64,000 nucleotides of DNA, taken from contig JBDRFJ010000166.1 in NCBI GenBank assembly GCA_043818915.1, forward strand, positions 37,641 through 101,640, written 5' to 3'. The position numbers and the translations under genes are program-made. Source of the stretch: Pseudomonadota bacterium (GTDB lineage: Bacteria; Desulfobacterota; Desulfobacteria; Desulfobacterales; C00003106). This document shows, one piece after another, positions 52,391 to 61,839 of this stretch (the stretch's first letter is position 1; the number at the start of each line of letters is the position of its first letter). The notes beneath the pieces are model-generated. The model worked only from the letters and a program-made list of their open reading frames with translations, did not search any database and was not told the DNA's origin.

Positions 52391-52571
52391 GAAATTCGAA
52401 TGTCGAATATCGAAATCCGAAACAAATTCAAAATTCAAATATCAAATGTTTAAAACATTAATTCGCGGTGCCTCTAATTCTTTGTTTTGAATTTTGTGTT
52501 TTGGTCATTCGTATTTGTTTCGGATTGAGCGCTGACGCTTCACTTCGTGCCGTGTTTCGGATTTCGAATTT
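52391..52571 (+). repeat. AAATCCGAAAT-family element, two-armed copy
   Basis: gaaattcgaatgtcgaatatcgaaatccgaaacaaattcaaaattcaaatatcaaatgtttaaaac ... ctttgttttgaattttgtgttttggtcattcgtatttgtttcggattgagcgctgacgcttcacttcgtgccgtgtttcggatttcgaattt. Confidence 0.8.
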
Positions 52572-52582
52572 ATTAACCTCTC

Positions 52583-53677
52583 TTATTCCTTTGCGTCTTT
52601 GCGGTGAGATGAACGATTACCCTTGATCCATCCCCCTCCTATTACCTTTTCCCCCTGATAGAAGACTGCGCCCTGGCCTGGCGTCACAGCCTCCTGCGGA
52701 CTGTTGAATCGTACAAGGGCTTTGTTATTATCCATTGGTATTAATGTGGATGGCGCTTCCTTATGTCTGTACCGGATACGGGTATTGACTTTGATTGGAC
52801 CGTCCGGCGGCAGTGCAATCCAGTTTATTCCCTCAACTTCACATTCAGCGGAATAGAGTTCGGATTTGTGCCCCACAACGAGTTGATTCTTCTCTGTATC
52901 TATACGAATGACGTAATAGGGTTCCGCGGCCGGTATCCCAATCCCCCGTCGCTGTCCTATGGTATAAGCAAAGAGACCCTGATGAGTTCCGAGCGCCTTT
53001 CCGGTCCGGTCGACTATAGGACCGGGATTACCATGTATACCTTCCTTTGCCAGGAAGCGGGGATAGTCGTTTCCCTCGATGAAACAGGTTTCCTGGCTTT
53101 CGTCTTCTACAAGTGGGGTCATGCCGAATCTCTTCGCCATACTTTTCACATCCTCCTTGGTATAGCCGCCGAGCGGGAAACAGGCGGACTTGAGCTGGTC
53201 CTGCGTAAGGAGGGCGAGAAAATATGATTGGTCCTTGTTGGGGTCGATACCCCGCAACAGTTGAAATCTTCCAAGAGTACCCTGGGCAAGCCTCGCATAA
53301 TGGCCGGTAGCCAAATACTTTGCTCCCAACTCGCGCGCCCTGTCCAGGAGTTCTCCGAACTTTATGTGCCTGTTGCAGACCATACAGGGATTTGGTGTGC
53401 GGCCGTTCTGATACTCCAGGAGGAAATAGCGGACCACATCAGCGCGAAATCGTTCAGAGATATCTACAAATGTGAGAGGGATATGTAAGGCCTCTGCCGC
53501 GGCCTTTAAGCGAGACTCAAGAGGAGCATCCGGGAGGTTTTTTAGATCAGAAGGTTTTTTTTCAAAGCCTGTTCTAAAATGGATGCCTATAACGTCACTA
53601 TTTTTACTTTTTAACAAAGCGGCAGCGACCATAGAGTCAACGCCGCCGCTTAGGGCTACAGCTATTAAGGGTTTCAT
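52583..53677 (-). CDS. mnmA: tRNA 2-thiouridine(34) synthase MnmA
   Basis: PP-loop IAVALSGGVDS, NPCMVCN, and KDQSYFL blocks. Confidence 0.94.
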   Translation of the reverse strand: MKPLIAVALSGGVDSMVAAALLKSKNSDVIGIHFRTGFEKKPSDLKNLPDAPLESRLKAAAEALHIPLTFVDISERFRADVVRYFLLEYQNGRTPNPCMVCNRHIKFGELLDRARELGAKYLATGHYARLAQGTLGRFQLLRGIDPNKDQSYFLALLTQDQLKSACFPLGGYTKEDVKSMAKRFGMTPLVEDESQETCFIEGNDYPRFLAKEGIHGNPGPIVDRTGKALGTHQGLFAYTIGQRRGIGIPAAEPYYVIRIDTEKNQLVVGHKSELYSAECEVEGINWIALPPDGPIKVNTRIRYRHKEAPSTLIPMDNNKALVRFNSPQEAVTPGQGAVFYQGEKVIGGGWIKGNRSSHRKDAKE

Positions 53678-53680
53678 AGT

Positions 53681-54112
53681 TTAAGGCAACTTTAACAACC
53701 TTTCCATCACGCGGACCTCCATGGCACGCGGGGGGCACGCAGGAACGCACAGTTCGCAAGCGCTGCATTTTTTCTTGTCAAACACAATCTCCATTTCCGG
53801 ACGCTTGATCGAAAGCGCGCCGGTAGGACATACTGCAGTGCAGGCGCCGCAGTGGTAGCATTTCTTTTTATTTCGCTTTATGTCCTGGCCCATGGTCTGG
53901 ACGTGTACACCTTGATCTCTAAGGAATTTGACCCCCTTGGTGAAATTTTTTCTGTGCCCGGTAAGTTCCATTATCAGGATACCCTCTTTTCTGGGTAGAA
54001 TAGTGGCCTTGAGTATATTAAAACTCAGGTCATAGTCCTTTACCAAATGCCAGACAATGGGTTTCTCAACACTGTTTTTGTCAAACCTGAGAAGAAGCAT
54101 TTTAGAATACAT
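53681..54112 (-). CDS. NIL-domain / 2x[4Fe-4S] ferredoxin-domain protein
   Basis: N-terminal NIL-like domain (PIVWHLVKDYDLSFNILKATI) followed by CYHCGACTAVCP and CSACELCVPACP. Confidence 0.8.
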   Translation of the reverse strand: MYSKMLLLRFDKNSVEKPIVWHLVKDYDLSFNILKATILPRKEGILIMELTGHRKNFTKGVKFLRDQGVHVQTMGQDIKRNKKKCYHCGACTAVCPTGALSIKRPEMEIVFDKKKCSACELCVPACPPRAMEVRVMERLLKLP

Positions 54113-54127
54113 AGGATACTCCTATCA

Positions 54128-54404
54128 TTGGGAATTTAGGAATTGAGGGATTTAGGAATTGGGGAATTGGCCATGCTTGTCCGGAACCATGAAATTCGAA
54201 ATCCGAAGCACGAAACCCGAAACAAATACGAATGACCAAAACACAAAATTCAAAACAAAGAAGTCGAGGAATTAACGTTTTGAACATTTGGTATTTGAAT
54301 TTCGGATTTGTTTCGGATTTCGATATTCGATATTCGGATTTATGCCCTTCCAAAGGCAGGATACCAAAAATTCCATAATTCCTAAATCCCTCAATTCCCC
54401 AATT
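54128..54404. repeat. nested composite palindrome: GGAATT-period arms enclosing an AAATCCGAAAT-family element (54191-54341)
   Basis: The outer arms ttgggaatttaggaattgagggatttaggaattggggaattgg and aaaaattccataattcctaaatccctcaattccccaatt pair. The inner element is an inverted copy of the family seen at 52391-52571. Confidence 0.8.
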
Positions 54405-54984
54405 AGTATTTATTTACATGCAATATATCATCTAATCGCCGTTTTGGCACGTAATGAACTCCGTCTTTTCTCCAGTACTTTATGCTATCGGTCATTTCCA
54501 CCATCACAGGGGACTCACCGGGATAGCCGAGGGCGAGCACCGAATCCACCTCTATATGCTCTGGGAGTTGAAACATGTCGCATACTTTTTTCCGGTCGAT
54601 TGATCTGAGCCAGCAGCTTCCGATTCCCTCTTCAAGGGCTGTCAGGATGATATTTTCAGCGGCAGCCCCTACATCGCGCGCAAAATCCGCTATTTTGTGC
54701 TTATTGTTTACCACAATAATAATATAGGCAGTCGGCTTTTCTCCCCCCTTAGGCGTACACTTCGGCGCAATGTACGCGGCCCATTTCAATGCCTCAAACA
54801 CCTTGTCCCTGAGGTCCGGATCCGAGACAATAATATATTCCAATGGCTGCTTGTTTGCAGCCGAAGGCGCAACGCGCCCGGCATTGACGAGTTTCTTGAA
54901 AAGCTCAACTGGTATCTCTTTCTGCTCAAAGCAACGCACGGAGCGTCGTTTCATTACCCAATCGTAAACCGGTGTACTGGACAT
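54403..54984 (-). CDS. nitroreductase-family flavoprotein
   Basis: RRSVRCFEQKEIP, APSAANKQP and GIGSCWL blocks. ATG 54984 follows GAGGT; the ORF-track start is 55044. Confidence 0.85.
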   Translation of the reverse strand: MSSTPVYDWVMKRRSVRCFEQKEIPVELFKKLVNAGRVAPSAANKQPLEYIIVSDPDLRDKVFEALKWAAYIAPKCTPKGGEKPTAYIIIVVNNKHKIADFARDVGAAAENIILTALEEGIGSCWLRSIDRKKVCDMFQLPEHIEVDSVLALGYPGESPVMVEMTDSIKYWRKDGVHYVPKRRLDDILHVNKY

Positions 54985-55186
54985 AATTTTTACCTCAATG
55001 TTATGGCCAAAGAGCAAGGAATGTATAGCAAAAACTTGTTCCAAACTTTTTTAAAATAACACAAATTATTCGTGATGCAAAGAGTAAATCAACAGGTAGC
55101 CCAAGGGCTTGGATATAAGAGACTGATGTGTTAATGTTTTAACAACGAAGCCATCAACATTAATTTTTTGGGTACGGACATTCATT

Positions 55187-56440
55187 ATGACAGATACCAA
55201 AAACCAAAAAGTAGAACTCCTGGCACCTGCGGGGAATTTTGAGAAATTAGAGATCGCGGTGCACTATGGGGCGGATGCTGTGTACCTTGCGGGGAAGGAA
55301 TTTAGTCTCAGAAACTTTTCCGGCAATTTTACCACTGATGAATTGTCCAAGGCGATACCGTTTGCCCACAGCCGTGGCGTGAAGGTCTATGTGGCCTGCA
55401 ACATCTTTCCGAGAAATTTTGAGCTGGAGGCGATTGCAGAGCATCTGAAATTTCTGGGGGAACTCGGTCCTGATGCTGTTATCGTGTCCGACCCCGGGGT
55501 TGTAACTCTCGCCCAAGATATTATCCCCCATATTCCCCTCCATCTCAGCACGCAGGCAAACACCACTAATTACAAGAGCGCCCTGTTTTGGGAAAAAATG
55601 GGTGTGAAAAGGATCAATACCGCGCGAGAACTCTCCCTTGAAGAGATTAAGACTATTGCCTCACAGTCCTCCCTTGAAATAGAAGCCTTTGTACACGGCG
55701 CAATGTGTATCTCTTATTCAGGCCGGTGTTTGCTTAGCAGTTTTATGGCCGACCGTGAAAGCAATCGAGGGATGTGCTCCCATCCGTGCAGGTGGAAGTA
55801 TGCGGTAGTAGAAGCATTGCGCCCGGGAGAGTATTACCCGATTGCGGAAGATGACCGTGGTTCTTACATATTTAACTCAAAAGACCTGTGTATGATAGAG
55901 CATATCCCTGAGTTGGTAGAATCAGGACTTACGTCACTTAAAATAGAAGGGCGCATGAAAGGGATCAACTATTTGGCCTCGGTTGTCAAGGTCTACAGAG
56001 AGGCGATTGACGCTTATTATGAAAACCCCGAAGCATATGGTGTCAAAGATACCTGGCTGGAGGAATTGACTAAGGTTAGTCACAGGGGATACTGTACCGG
56101 CTTTTACTTTGGGCATCCGGAAGAGACCATGCCGAATTATTCCAACCGGGTCTGCGGTAGTGATTACATGTTCGTGGGGAAGGTACTTTCGCAGGAAGAC
56201 AAGGGCAGGGTGAGGGTTGAGGTCCGCAACAAGATATTTACAGGCGATGAGATTGAGATCTTGACAAAACAGGGGCCATCAAGGAGAGATACAATTGATG
56301 ATATAATTGATGCAGAGGGGGCATCTATTACCTTTGCACAGCCCGGGAGTGAAGTGGCTATTGCCTTGTCAAATAGCTGCCTGCCTAATGACTTGCTGAG
56401 AAAGAGGAATACTTTCTCGAATCTGACAAAGAGTTATTAG
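55187..56440 (+). CDS. U32-family peptidase-like protein
   Basis: ELLAPAGNFEKLEIAVHYGADAVY and the U32 signature EAFVHGAMCISYSGRCLLS. Confidence 0.88.
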   Translation: MTDTKNQKVELLAPAGNFEKLEIAVHYGADAVYLAGKEFSLRNFSGNFTTDELSKAIPFAHSRGVKVYVACNIFPRNFELEAIAEHLKFLGELGPDAVIVSDPGVVTLAQDIIPHIPLHLSTQANTTNYKSALFWEKMGVKRINTARELSLEEIKTIASQSSLEIEAFVHGAMCISYSGRCLLSSFMADRESNRGMCSHPCRWKYAVVEALRPGEYYPIAEDDRGSYIFNSKDLCMIEHIPELVESGLTSLKIEGRMKGINYLASVVKVYREAIDAYYENPEAYGVKDTWLEELTKVSHRGYCTGFYFGHPEETMPNYSNRVCGSDYMFVGKVLSQEDKGRVRVEVRNKIFTGDEIEILTKQGPSRRDTIDDIIDAEGASITFAQPGSEVAIALSNSCLPNDLLRKRNTFSNLTKSY

Positions 56441-56578
56441 TCCAAAAAGAAATTAAGTTTGATAGTTTTGCAAAAATACTCGGTGGCCCAAGTAGTTGGG
56501 TATGTTTTGGCATCACAGAGTCTCAACGCTAATTTAGTTTAAATTCCGGGAACCTATTTGTATATGATGATGAGTTGG

Positions 56579-56656
<78 letters not shown>

Positions 56657-56669
56657 TGAAGGAAAGGGA

Positions 56670-56746
56670 TGGGGTGAGTGAAGGGACTTGAACCCTCGGC
56701 CACCGAGGCCACAACCCGGTGCTCTACCAACTGAGCTACACCCACC
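56670..56746 (-). tRNA. tRNA-His (anticodon GTG)
   Basis: The reverse complement is GGTGGGTGTAGCTCAGTTGGTAGAGCACCGGGTTGTGGCCTCGGTGGCCGAGGGTTCAAGTCCCTTCACTCACCCCA. It has the extra 5' G(-1) opposite C73 typical of tRNA-His, anticodon loop TTGTGGC, and an encoded CCA. Confidence 0.9.
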
Positions 56747-56923
56747 ACAGCAATAAATGAAAAAAAACATATTTATCACAGGTAAAAATATATTTCAAGC
56801 GCTTTTGAAGGTCCTTTGAGGAGACTGCGAGTAAGCTTGTCAAATATACGTAAAAATGGTAATCCTCTCACCTAATAGATCACTACGGCCATTTCAACTT
56901 CAAAAGGAATTACAGGAGAAGGC

Positions 56924-57736
56924 ATGCCTGGCCCCATTGTTACACTGTTGACCGATTTTGGTATAAATAACCACTACGTAGGCGTAATGAAGGGGGTGAT
57001 TCTCGGGATCAACAGCTACGCCCTGGTGGTCGATCTCTGCCATGACATTTCGCCGCAAGATGTTCGAGGCGCGGCCTATATCCTTGGCGTCTCGTATCCA
57101 TATTTTCCGAAAGGCACCGTTCATTGCTCGGTTGTAGATCCCGGGGTTGGATCGGAACGGCACGGGCTGATTGTTAAAACAGATCGATATCTCTTTGTGG
57201 GGCCGGATAACGGCCTGTTTACCATGGTCTATGACCAAGAGAAAGGCGTCGAGGTTTATAAAATTATCGAATCGACTCATATCCCTCCCGAGATCAGCAG
57301 TACATTTCATGGAAGAGATGTTTTTGCACCTGTAGCCGCTCACCTGTCCCGGGGGGTTCCGTGTTCCGAACTCGGCGAATTGATTTCAGGGCCCGTGAGC
57401 ATTAAGACTCTAAGACCTGATTCAAAAGGTTCCATATTAATAGGGACCGTCATCTACATGGACCGGTTCGGCAATCTTATTACTAACATTACCCGTACGG
57501 ACTTTGACCAATTTGCAGAACAAGGGGGTTTTGAGATCGTCGCGGATGATGTGGTCCTAAATTCAGTGGCGAGAACGTATTCCGATGCGCCGCCGGGGGC
57601 AATGATTGCGCTGTTCGGTAGTAGCGATTATTTAGAGTTGTCAACGGTGATGGGGAGTGCCTCCGAAAGATTGAAGCTCAGGGTAGGGGATAAGATTTTG
57701 GTTCGTAGGATGAACGTTTATATGGATTTTACTTGA
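56924..57736 (+). CDS. SAM hydroxide adenosyltransferase family protein (DUF62)
   Basis: IVTLLTDFGINNHYVGVMKGVI, VVDPGVGSER, GPDNGL, FHGRDVFAP. Confidence 0.85.
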   Translation: MPGPIVTLLTDFGINNHYVGVMKGVILGINSYALVVDLCHDISPQDVRGAAYILGVSYPYFPKGTVHCSVVDPGVGSERHGLIVKTDRYLFVGPDNGLFTMVYDQEKGVEVYKIIESTHIPPEISSTFHGRDVFAPVAAHLSRGVPCSELGELISGPVSIKTLRPDSKGSILIGTVIYMDRFGNLITNITRTDFDQFAEQGGFEIVADDVVLNSVARTYSDAPPGAMIALFGSSDYLELSTVMGSASERLKLRVGDKILVRRMNVYMDFT

Positions 57737-57738
57737 TA

Positions 57739-58668
57739 ATGGAAAAGGTGGTTATTCTAAAATGCCCGGAATACGACAAGGCCTGTCTTGACGAGAATAT
57801 CAGAAAGGCATTTTCTTATTTTGGGGGTATAGAAGAGATTGTCCGGCCCGGCAATAGGGTCTTGCTAAAACCGAATCTGCTGGTAAGAGATCTGCCGGAG
57901 TCAGGGATAAATACCAACCCGTTTTTTGTAAAAGCCGTGGCAGATATAGTGCGGGTGGCTGATGGCATGCCGTTTGTGGGGGACAGCCCGGCCTTTGGGA
58001 CTGTGCGGCAGGTTGCGGAAGGATGTGGATTGCTCTCCCTGATGGAAAAAGACAACATCCAGATCGTGTCCTTCAAAGGAAACAGGTCTTATGACGAGAA
58101 CGTACGAATAACCAGTACCATCAATGATTTTGACAGGATAATCAATCTGCCGAAGTTGAAGGCACATAGCCAGATGCTTTTTACGGGCGCGGTTAAGAAT
58201 CTGTACGGGATGGTCGCAGGCAAGGTGAAGACGTGGAGACATTTTGCGGTTCGGAGCGATCTCGAAAAATTCTCTTTAATGCTTCTTGCCATATCCAAAC
58301 AGGTACAGCCATGTTTTACCCTGGTGGATGCCGTAGATATCATGGAAAAGACCGGCCCGCGACGAGGAGTTGTTAAAAGGGCAGGGCTTATTTTTGGGGG
58401 GATAAACTGCATCAGTATAGACCGGGTTATATGCGAGGTGTTCGGTATTGATCCGCACAGGGTTCCGCTACTAAACGCCGCACGAAAATACGGATTCAGC
58501 GGGTGGAACTTAGACGATATTCAGATCGTGGGGAGCGCGATTGCCGATGTAAGGACAAACAAGTATCTTTTTCCAACGGAGCTGGAGGATGTCTCTTTTA
58601 CATTCCCCAATGTTGTAAGGAGTGTAATACGACACATCCAGGCAAGATTTAGGGGGAAGTTTATATAA
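57739..58668 (+). CDS. DUF362-domain protein
   Basis: VLLKPNLL, INLPKLKAH and LVDAV blocks are typical of DUF362. The start is ATG 57739 or TTG 57733, overlapping the upstream stop. Confidence 0.7.
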   Translation: MEKVVILKCPEYDKACLDENIRKAFSYFGGIEEIVRPGNRVLLKPNLLVRDLPESGINTNPFFVKAVADIVRVADGMPFVGDSPAFGTVRQVAEGCGLLSLMEKDNIQIVSFKGNRSYDENVRITSTINDFDRIINLPKLKAHSQMLFTGAVKNLYGMVAGKVKTWRHFAVRSDLEKFSLMLLAISKQVQPCFTLVDAVDIMEKTGPRRGVVKRAGLIFGGINCISIDRVICEVFGIDPHRVPLLNAARKYGFSGWNLDDIQIVGSAIADVRTNKYLFPTELEDVSFTFPNVVRSVIRHIQARFRGKFI

Positions 58669-58811
58669 TATTGCGGATTTTGAATTGCGGATTGCGGATT
58701 TGGCAAAAGCGGACAGCCTCATAGTAATTGCAACAAAGTCAACAAAGTGCTATAAGGTCAACAATAAATTGTAGAAATTTGCGATAGCTATATCCACATT
58801 GAGGTAAAAAC

Positions 58812-60524
58812 ATGAGCATATCAAACAGTGAAAAATCTACTTCTATCCCCTCAGACTTTATCCGGACTATTATCGCGGAAGATGTAAAGGCAAACAAAAA
58901 CGATGGTCGCGTGCGCACTCGATTCCCGCCGGAACCGAACGGCTATCTCCATATTGGGCATGCCAAATCGATCTGCCTTAATTTCGGCATTGCCGCGGAA
59001 AACAACGGTATTTGCAATTTGCGATTAGATGATACCAATCCGAGCAAAGAGGAAGTTGAATATGTGGAATCGATCAAATCAGATGTTCGATGGCTTGGAT
59101 TCGATTGGGATGACCGGCTGTTTTACGCATCTGACTACTTTGAACAATTTTATCAGTACGCTGTTCAGTTAATCAAAAAGGGTAAGGCGTATGTGTGCAG
59201 TCTTAGCGCGGATGAGATCAGAGGATACCGAGGCACCTTGACCGAGCCGGGCAAGGAGAGTCCGTATCGTACACGGTCAAATGAAGAGAATCTGGACCTG
59301 TTTGAACGGATGCGTGCAGGAGAATTTGAGGACGGCTCCCACGTGCTTAGAGCAAAAATTGATATGGCATCCGGCAATTTGAATATGCGTGATCCGGTCA
59401 TATACCGTGTTCTAAGAGCGGAACATCACAGGACGGGCAACAAGTGGTGCATTTATCCAATGTATGACTTTGCCCATTGCATTTCGGATTCCATCGAAGG
59501 GATTACACATTCCATTTGCACGCTCGAATTTGAAGACCATCGCCCTCTGTACGACTGGTTTCTTGACGAATTAGCCGTTGATTGTCATCCGCAGCAGATC
59601 GAGTTCGCCAGACTCAACCTCAGCTATACTGTGATGAGTAAGCGAAAACTCCTGGAGTTGGTAAAGGGAGAACACGTCACCGGATGGGACGACCCCCGGA
59701 TGCCGACACTGTCAGGCATCCGGAGACGCGGCTACACACCCGAGTCGATCCGAAACTTTTGTGAGCGGATCGGGGTGGCAAAGAGTAACAGTATGGTCGA
59801 CATAGCGCTGCTCTATCACTGCATCCGCGAAGATTTAAATAAACGCTCTCAGCGTGTTATGGCGGTATTGCGTCCTCTTCGGGTCGTCATAGACAACTAT
59901 CCGGAAGATCAAGTGGAGGAGTTAGATGCCGAGAATAACCCGGAGGATCCCGGCATGGGGTCACGGAAAGTCCCTTTTTCGAGGGTGCTGTACATAGAAC
60001 AAGAGGATTTTCGTGAGGACGCGCCTAAAAAGTTCTTCCGTTTAGCTCCAGGGCGCGAGGTGCGGCTTAAACATGCTTATTACATCACCTGTGTGGATGT
60101 GATTAAGGATGAACAGACCGGCGAGGTGATCGAACTGCACTGTACCTATGATCCGGAGACACGAGGCGGCTGGTCTAAAGACGGGCGCAAGGTCAAAGGA
60201 ACATTGCACTGGGTTTCGGCTGAGCACGCGCTTGAAGCCGAAGTCCGCCTGTACGATCATCTCTTTGTAAAAGCAGACCCCGGCGATGGGAAAGAGGGCG
60301 CTGATTTCAAATCTTATTTGAATCCGAACTCATTGGAGACATTGACGTCGTGTCGCGTTGAGCCGAGTCTGGCCGGCGCAGCGCTGGGGAATCGCTACCA
60401 GTTCCTGAGGCACGGCTATTTCTGTGTCGATTCAGTTGACTCTTCCGAAAGAAGACTTGTATTTAACCGGACAGTATCGCTGCGTGACTCATGGGCGAAG
60501 ATCGAGAAAAAGGGCCAAATATAG
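58812..60524 (+). CDS. glnS: glutaminyl-tRNA synthetase
   Basis: [17 protein letters not shown] (HIGH) and VMSKRKL (KMSKS-type). Full-length GlnRS layout including the C-terminal anticodon-binding beta-barrels. Confidence 0.95.
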   Translation: MSISNSEKSTSIPSDFIRTIIAEDVKANKNDGRVRTRFPPEPNGYLHIGHAKSICLNFGIAAENNGICNLRLDDTNPSKEEVEYVESIKSDVRWLGFDWDDRLFYASDYFEQFYQYAVQLIKKGKAYVCSLSADEIRGYRGTLTEPGKESPYRTRSNEENLDLFERMRAGEFEDGSHVLRAKIDMASGNLNMRDPVIYRVLRAEHHRTGNKWCIYPMYDFAHCISDSIEGITHSICTLEFEDHRPLYDWFLDELAVDCHPQQIEFARLNLSYTVMSKRKLLELVKGEHVTGWDDPRMPTLSGIRRRGYTPESIRNFCERIGVAKSNSMVDIALLYHCIREDLNKRSQRVMAVLRPLRVVIDNYPEDQVEELDAENNPEDPGMGSRKVPFSRVLYIEQEDFREDAPKKFFRLAPGREVRLKHAYYITCVDVIKDEQTGEVIELHCTYDPETRGGWSKDGRKVKGTLHWVSAEHALEAEVRLYDHLFVKADPGDGKEGADFKSYLNPNSLETLTSCRVEPSLAGAALGNRYQFLRHGYFCVDSVDSSERRLVFNRTVSLRDSWAKIEKKGQI

Positions 60525-60795
60525 GGAGATCCCTCATTCCCCATTAATATCCAAGAACATTTTTCACTTGGTTAGGAAAAATTTTCCATTTGTCTCTCCT
60601 TCCGCTTAATATTTTTGCCTTCCTTGCCTGACAAAAAAATGTCGCATTTTTCAAAGGTCTCATAACCAGCTAACATCATATAATATAAATGGGTGTTTCA
60701 AAATAGTCATACTTTTTTTTTCTTCCGGCATGATGAATGCATATATTGGCTCCTATATTATTTAGTGCCTGACCGAAAACCCCAATTTTCGGTCA

Positions 60796-60983
60796 GAAAT
60801 CCGAAATCCGAAGCACGGCACGAAGTGAAGCGTCAGCGCTCAATCCGAAACAATGACAAAAATACAAATGCTCCAACGACAAAAATGTTGCATTTCCCAC
60901 GCCTTAGGCGTGGTTAGTTTAGGTAATTCTGTCATTCGATATTCGAATTTGTTTCGATATTCGGATTTCGATATTCGGATTTT
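60796..60983 (-). repeat. AAATCCGAAAT-family element, inverted-orientation copy
   Basis: It contains a 34-nt block (cacggcacgaagtgaagcgtcagcgctcaatccg) that is the exact reverse complement of 52521-52554. The element is flanked by small hairpins at 60769-60796 and 60984-61009. Confidence 0.75.
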
Positions 60984-61039
60984 GCCTGAACGGGACTTTT
61001 CGTTCAGGCATTATTTAAGAGGACGTTCTGAGAGTCGAC

Positions 61040-61837
61040 ATGCGAATGCCATTAAAAGAGTCACCTCCCGCGATGTCAAAACCACCAATGGGTGAGACCG
61101 CTCCTTTGAATTTCTGTGAAGAAGACGTTTTTTTTCGCAGCAGGATGCCAAAGACAACGCATTGGTCCATACCCTGGTCGGACTTGATGATGACGATGTT
61201 CATTTTGTTTGCGCTCCTTTATATCTATCAGCACCCCGGCCGCGACGTTGTGTCCGACAAGGAAACGATACCGGCAACAGGTACACATTTCGAGGCCGGC
61301 GCCGACGTGGTTGCCGGGGAATTTGGTGAGCTTGCACCAACTGTGAATGAACCGATCTCCAGGATCTACGACCTGAGCAAGGAGATGCTGCGAGCGAATG
61401 ACCTGGAGGATTTTGCCACTGTTGATCTCATCCCGGACAAGGCCGTACGGATTATGTTGGCGAGCGACTTGCTCTTTGATATTGGCAAGGCAGATATAAA
61501 GCCGGAGGCGAAAAGGTCATTAGAACGAATTGCGCGTATCATTCAACAAACGCCTTATATGGTAAATGTGGTCGGCCATACGGATAACATGCCCATTCAT
61601 TCGGAAAGATTTCCCACCAATTGGGAATTGTCGGCCATTCGCGCCTGTGAGGTGGCCAGATTCCTTATCGAAGAAATGGGAACTACGGGAAAACGCTTTT
61701 ACATCAGCGGGCACTCATATCATCAACCGGTATCGTCCAACAACGTGCCGGGCAGTCGAGCCGCTAACAGGCGCGTGGAGATCATTATTGCCAAGGAAAG
61801 GCCGTACGGCAGCCCAGGACATGTAGAAGAGGTATAA
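61040..61837 (+). CDS. motB: MotB/OmpA-family stator protein
   Basis: TM segment with the conserved Asp (WSIPWSDLMMTMFILFALLY) and an OmpA-like C-domain (VVGHTDNMPI...NWELSAIRA...NRRVEIII). The start codon is uncertain. Confidence 0.75.
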   Translation: MRMPLKESPPAMSKPPMGETAPLNFCEEDVFFRSRMPKTTHWSIPWSDLMMTMFILFALLYIYQHPGRDVVSDKETIPATGTHFEAGADVVAGEFGELAPTVNEPISRIYDLSKEMLRANDLEDFATVDLIPDKAVRIMLASDLLFDIGKADIKPEAKRSLERIARIIQQTPYMVNVVGHTDNMPIHSERFPTNWELSAIRACEVARFLIEEMGTTGKRFYISGHSYHQPVSSNNVPGSRAANRRVEIIIAKERPYGSPGHVEEV

Positions 61838-61839
61838 AG

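Noticed and set aside
54128-54404. Periodic short repeats here, and in the other repeat families, considered as CRISPR arrays
   Set aside because: The repeat units are 8-11 nt with no unique spacers of CRISPR length. The units form inverted arms rather than direct repeat-spacer arrays, and no cas genes are present.
54102-54608. ORFs 54102-54353 (-) and 54288-54608 (+) in the nested palindrome. Similar ORFs at 60693-61095 lie in another repeat copy.
   Set aside because: These are read-throughs of the AAATCCGAAAT-type repeats (FRISDF/NPKSE-type peptides). They overlap real gene ends and are not credible proteins.
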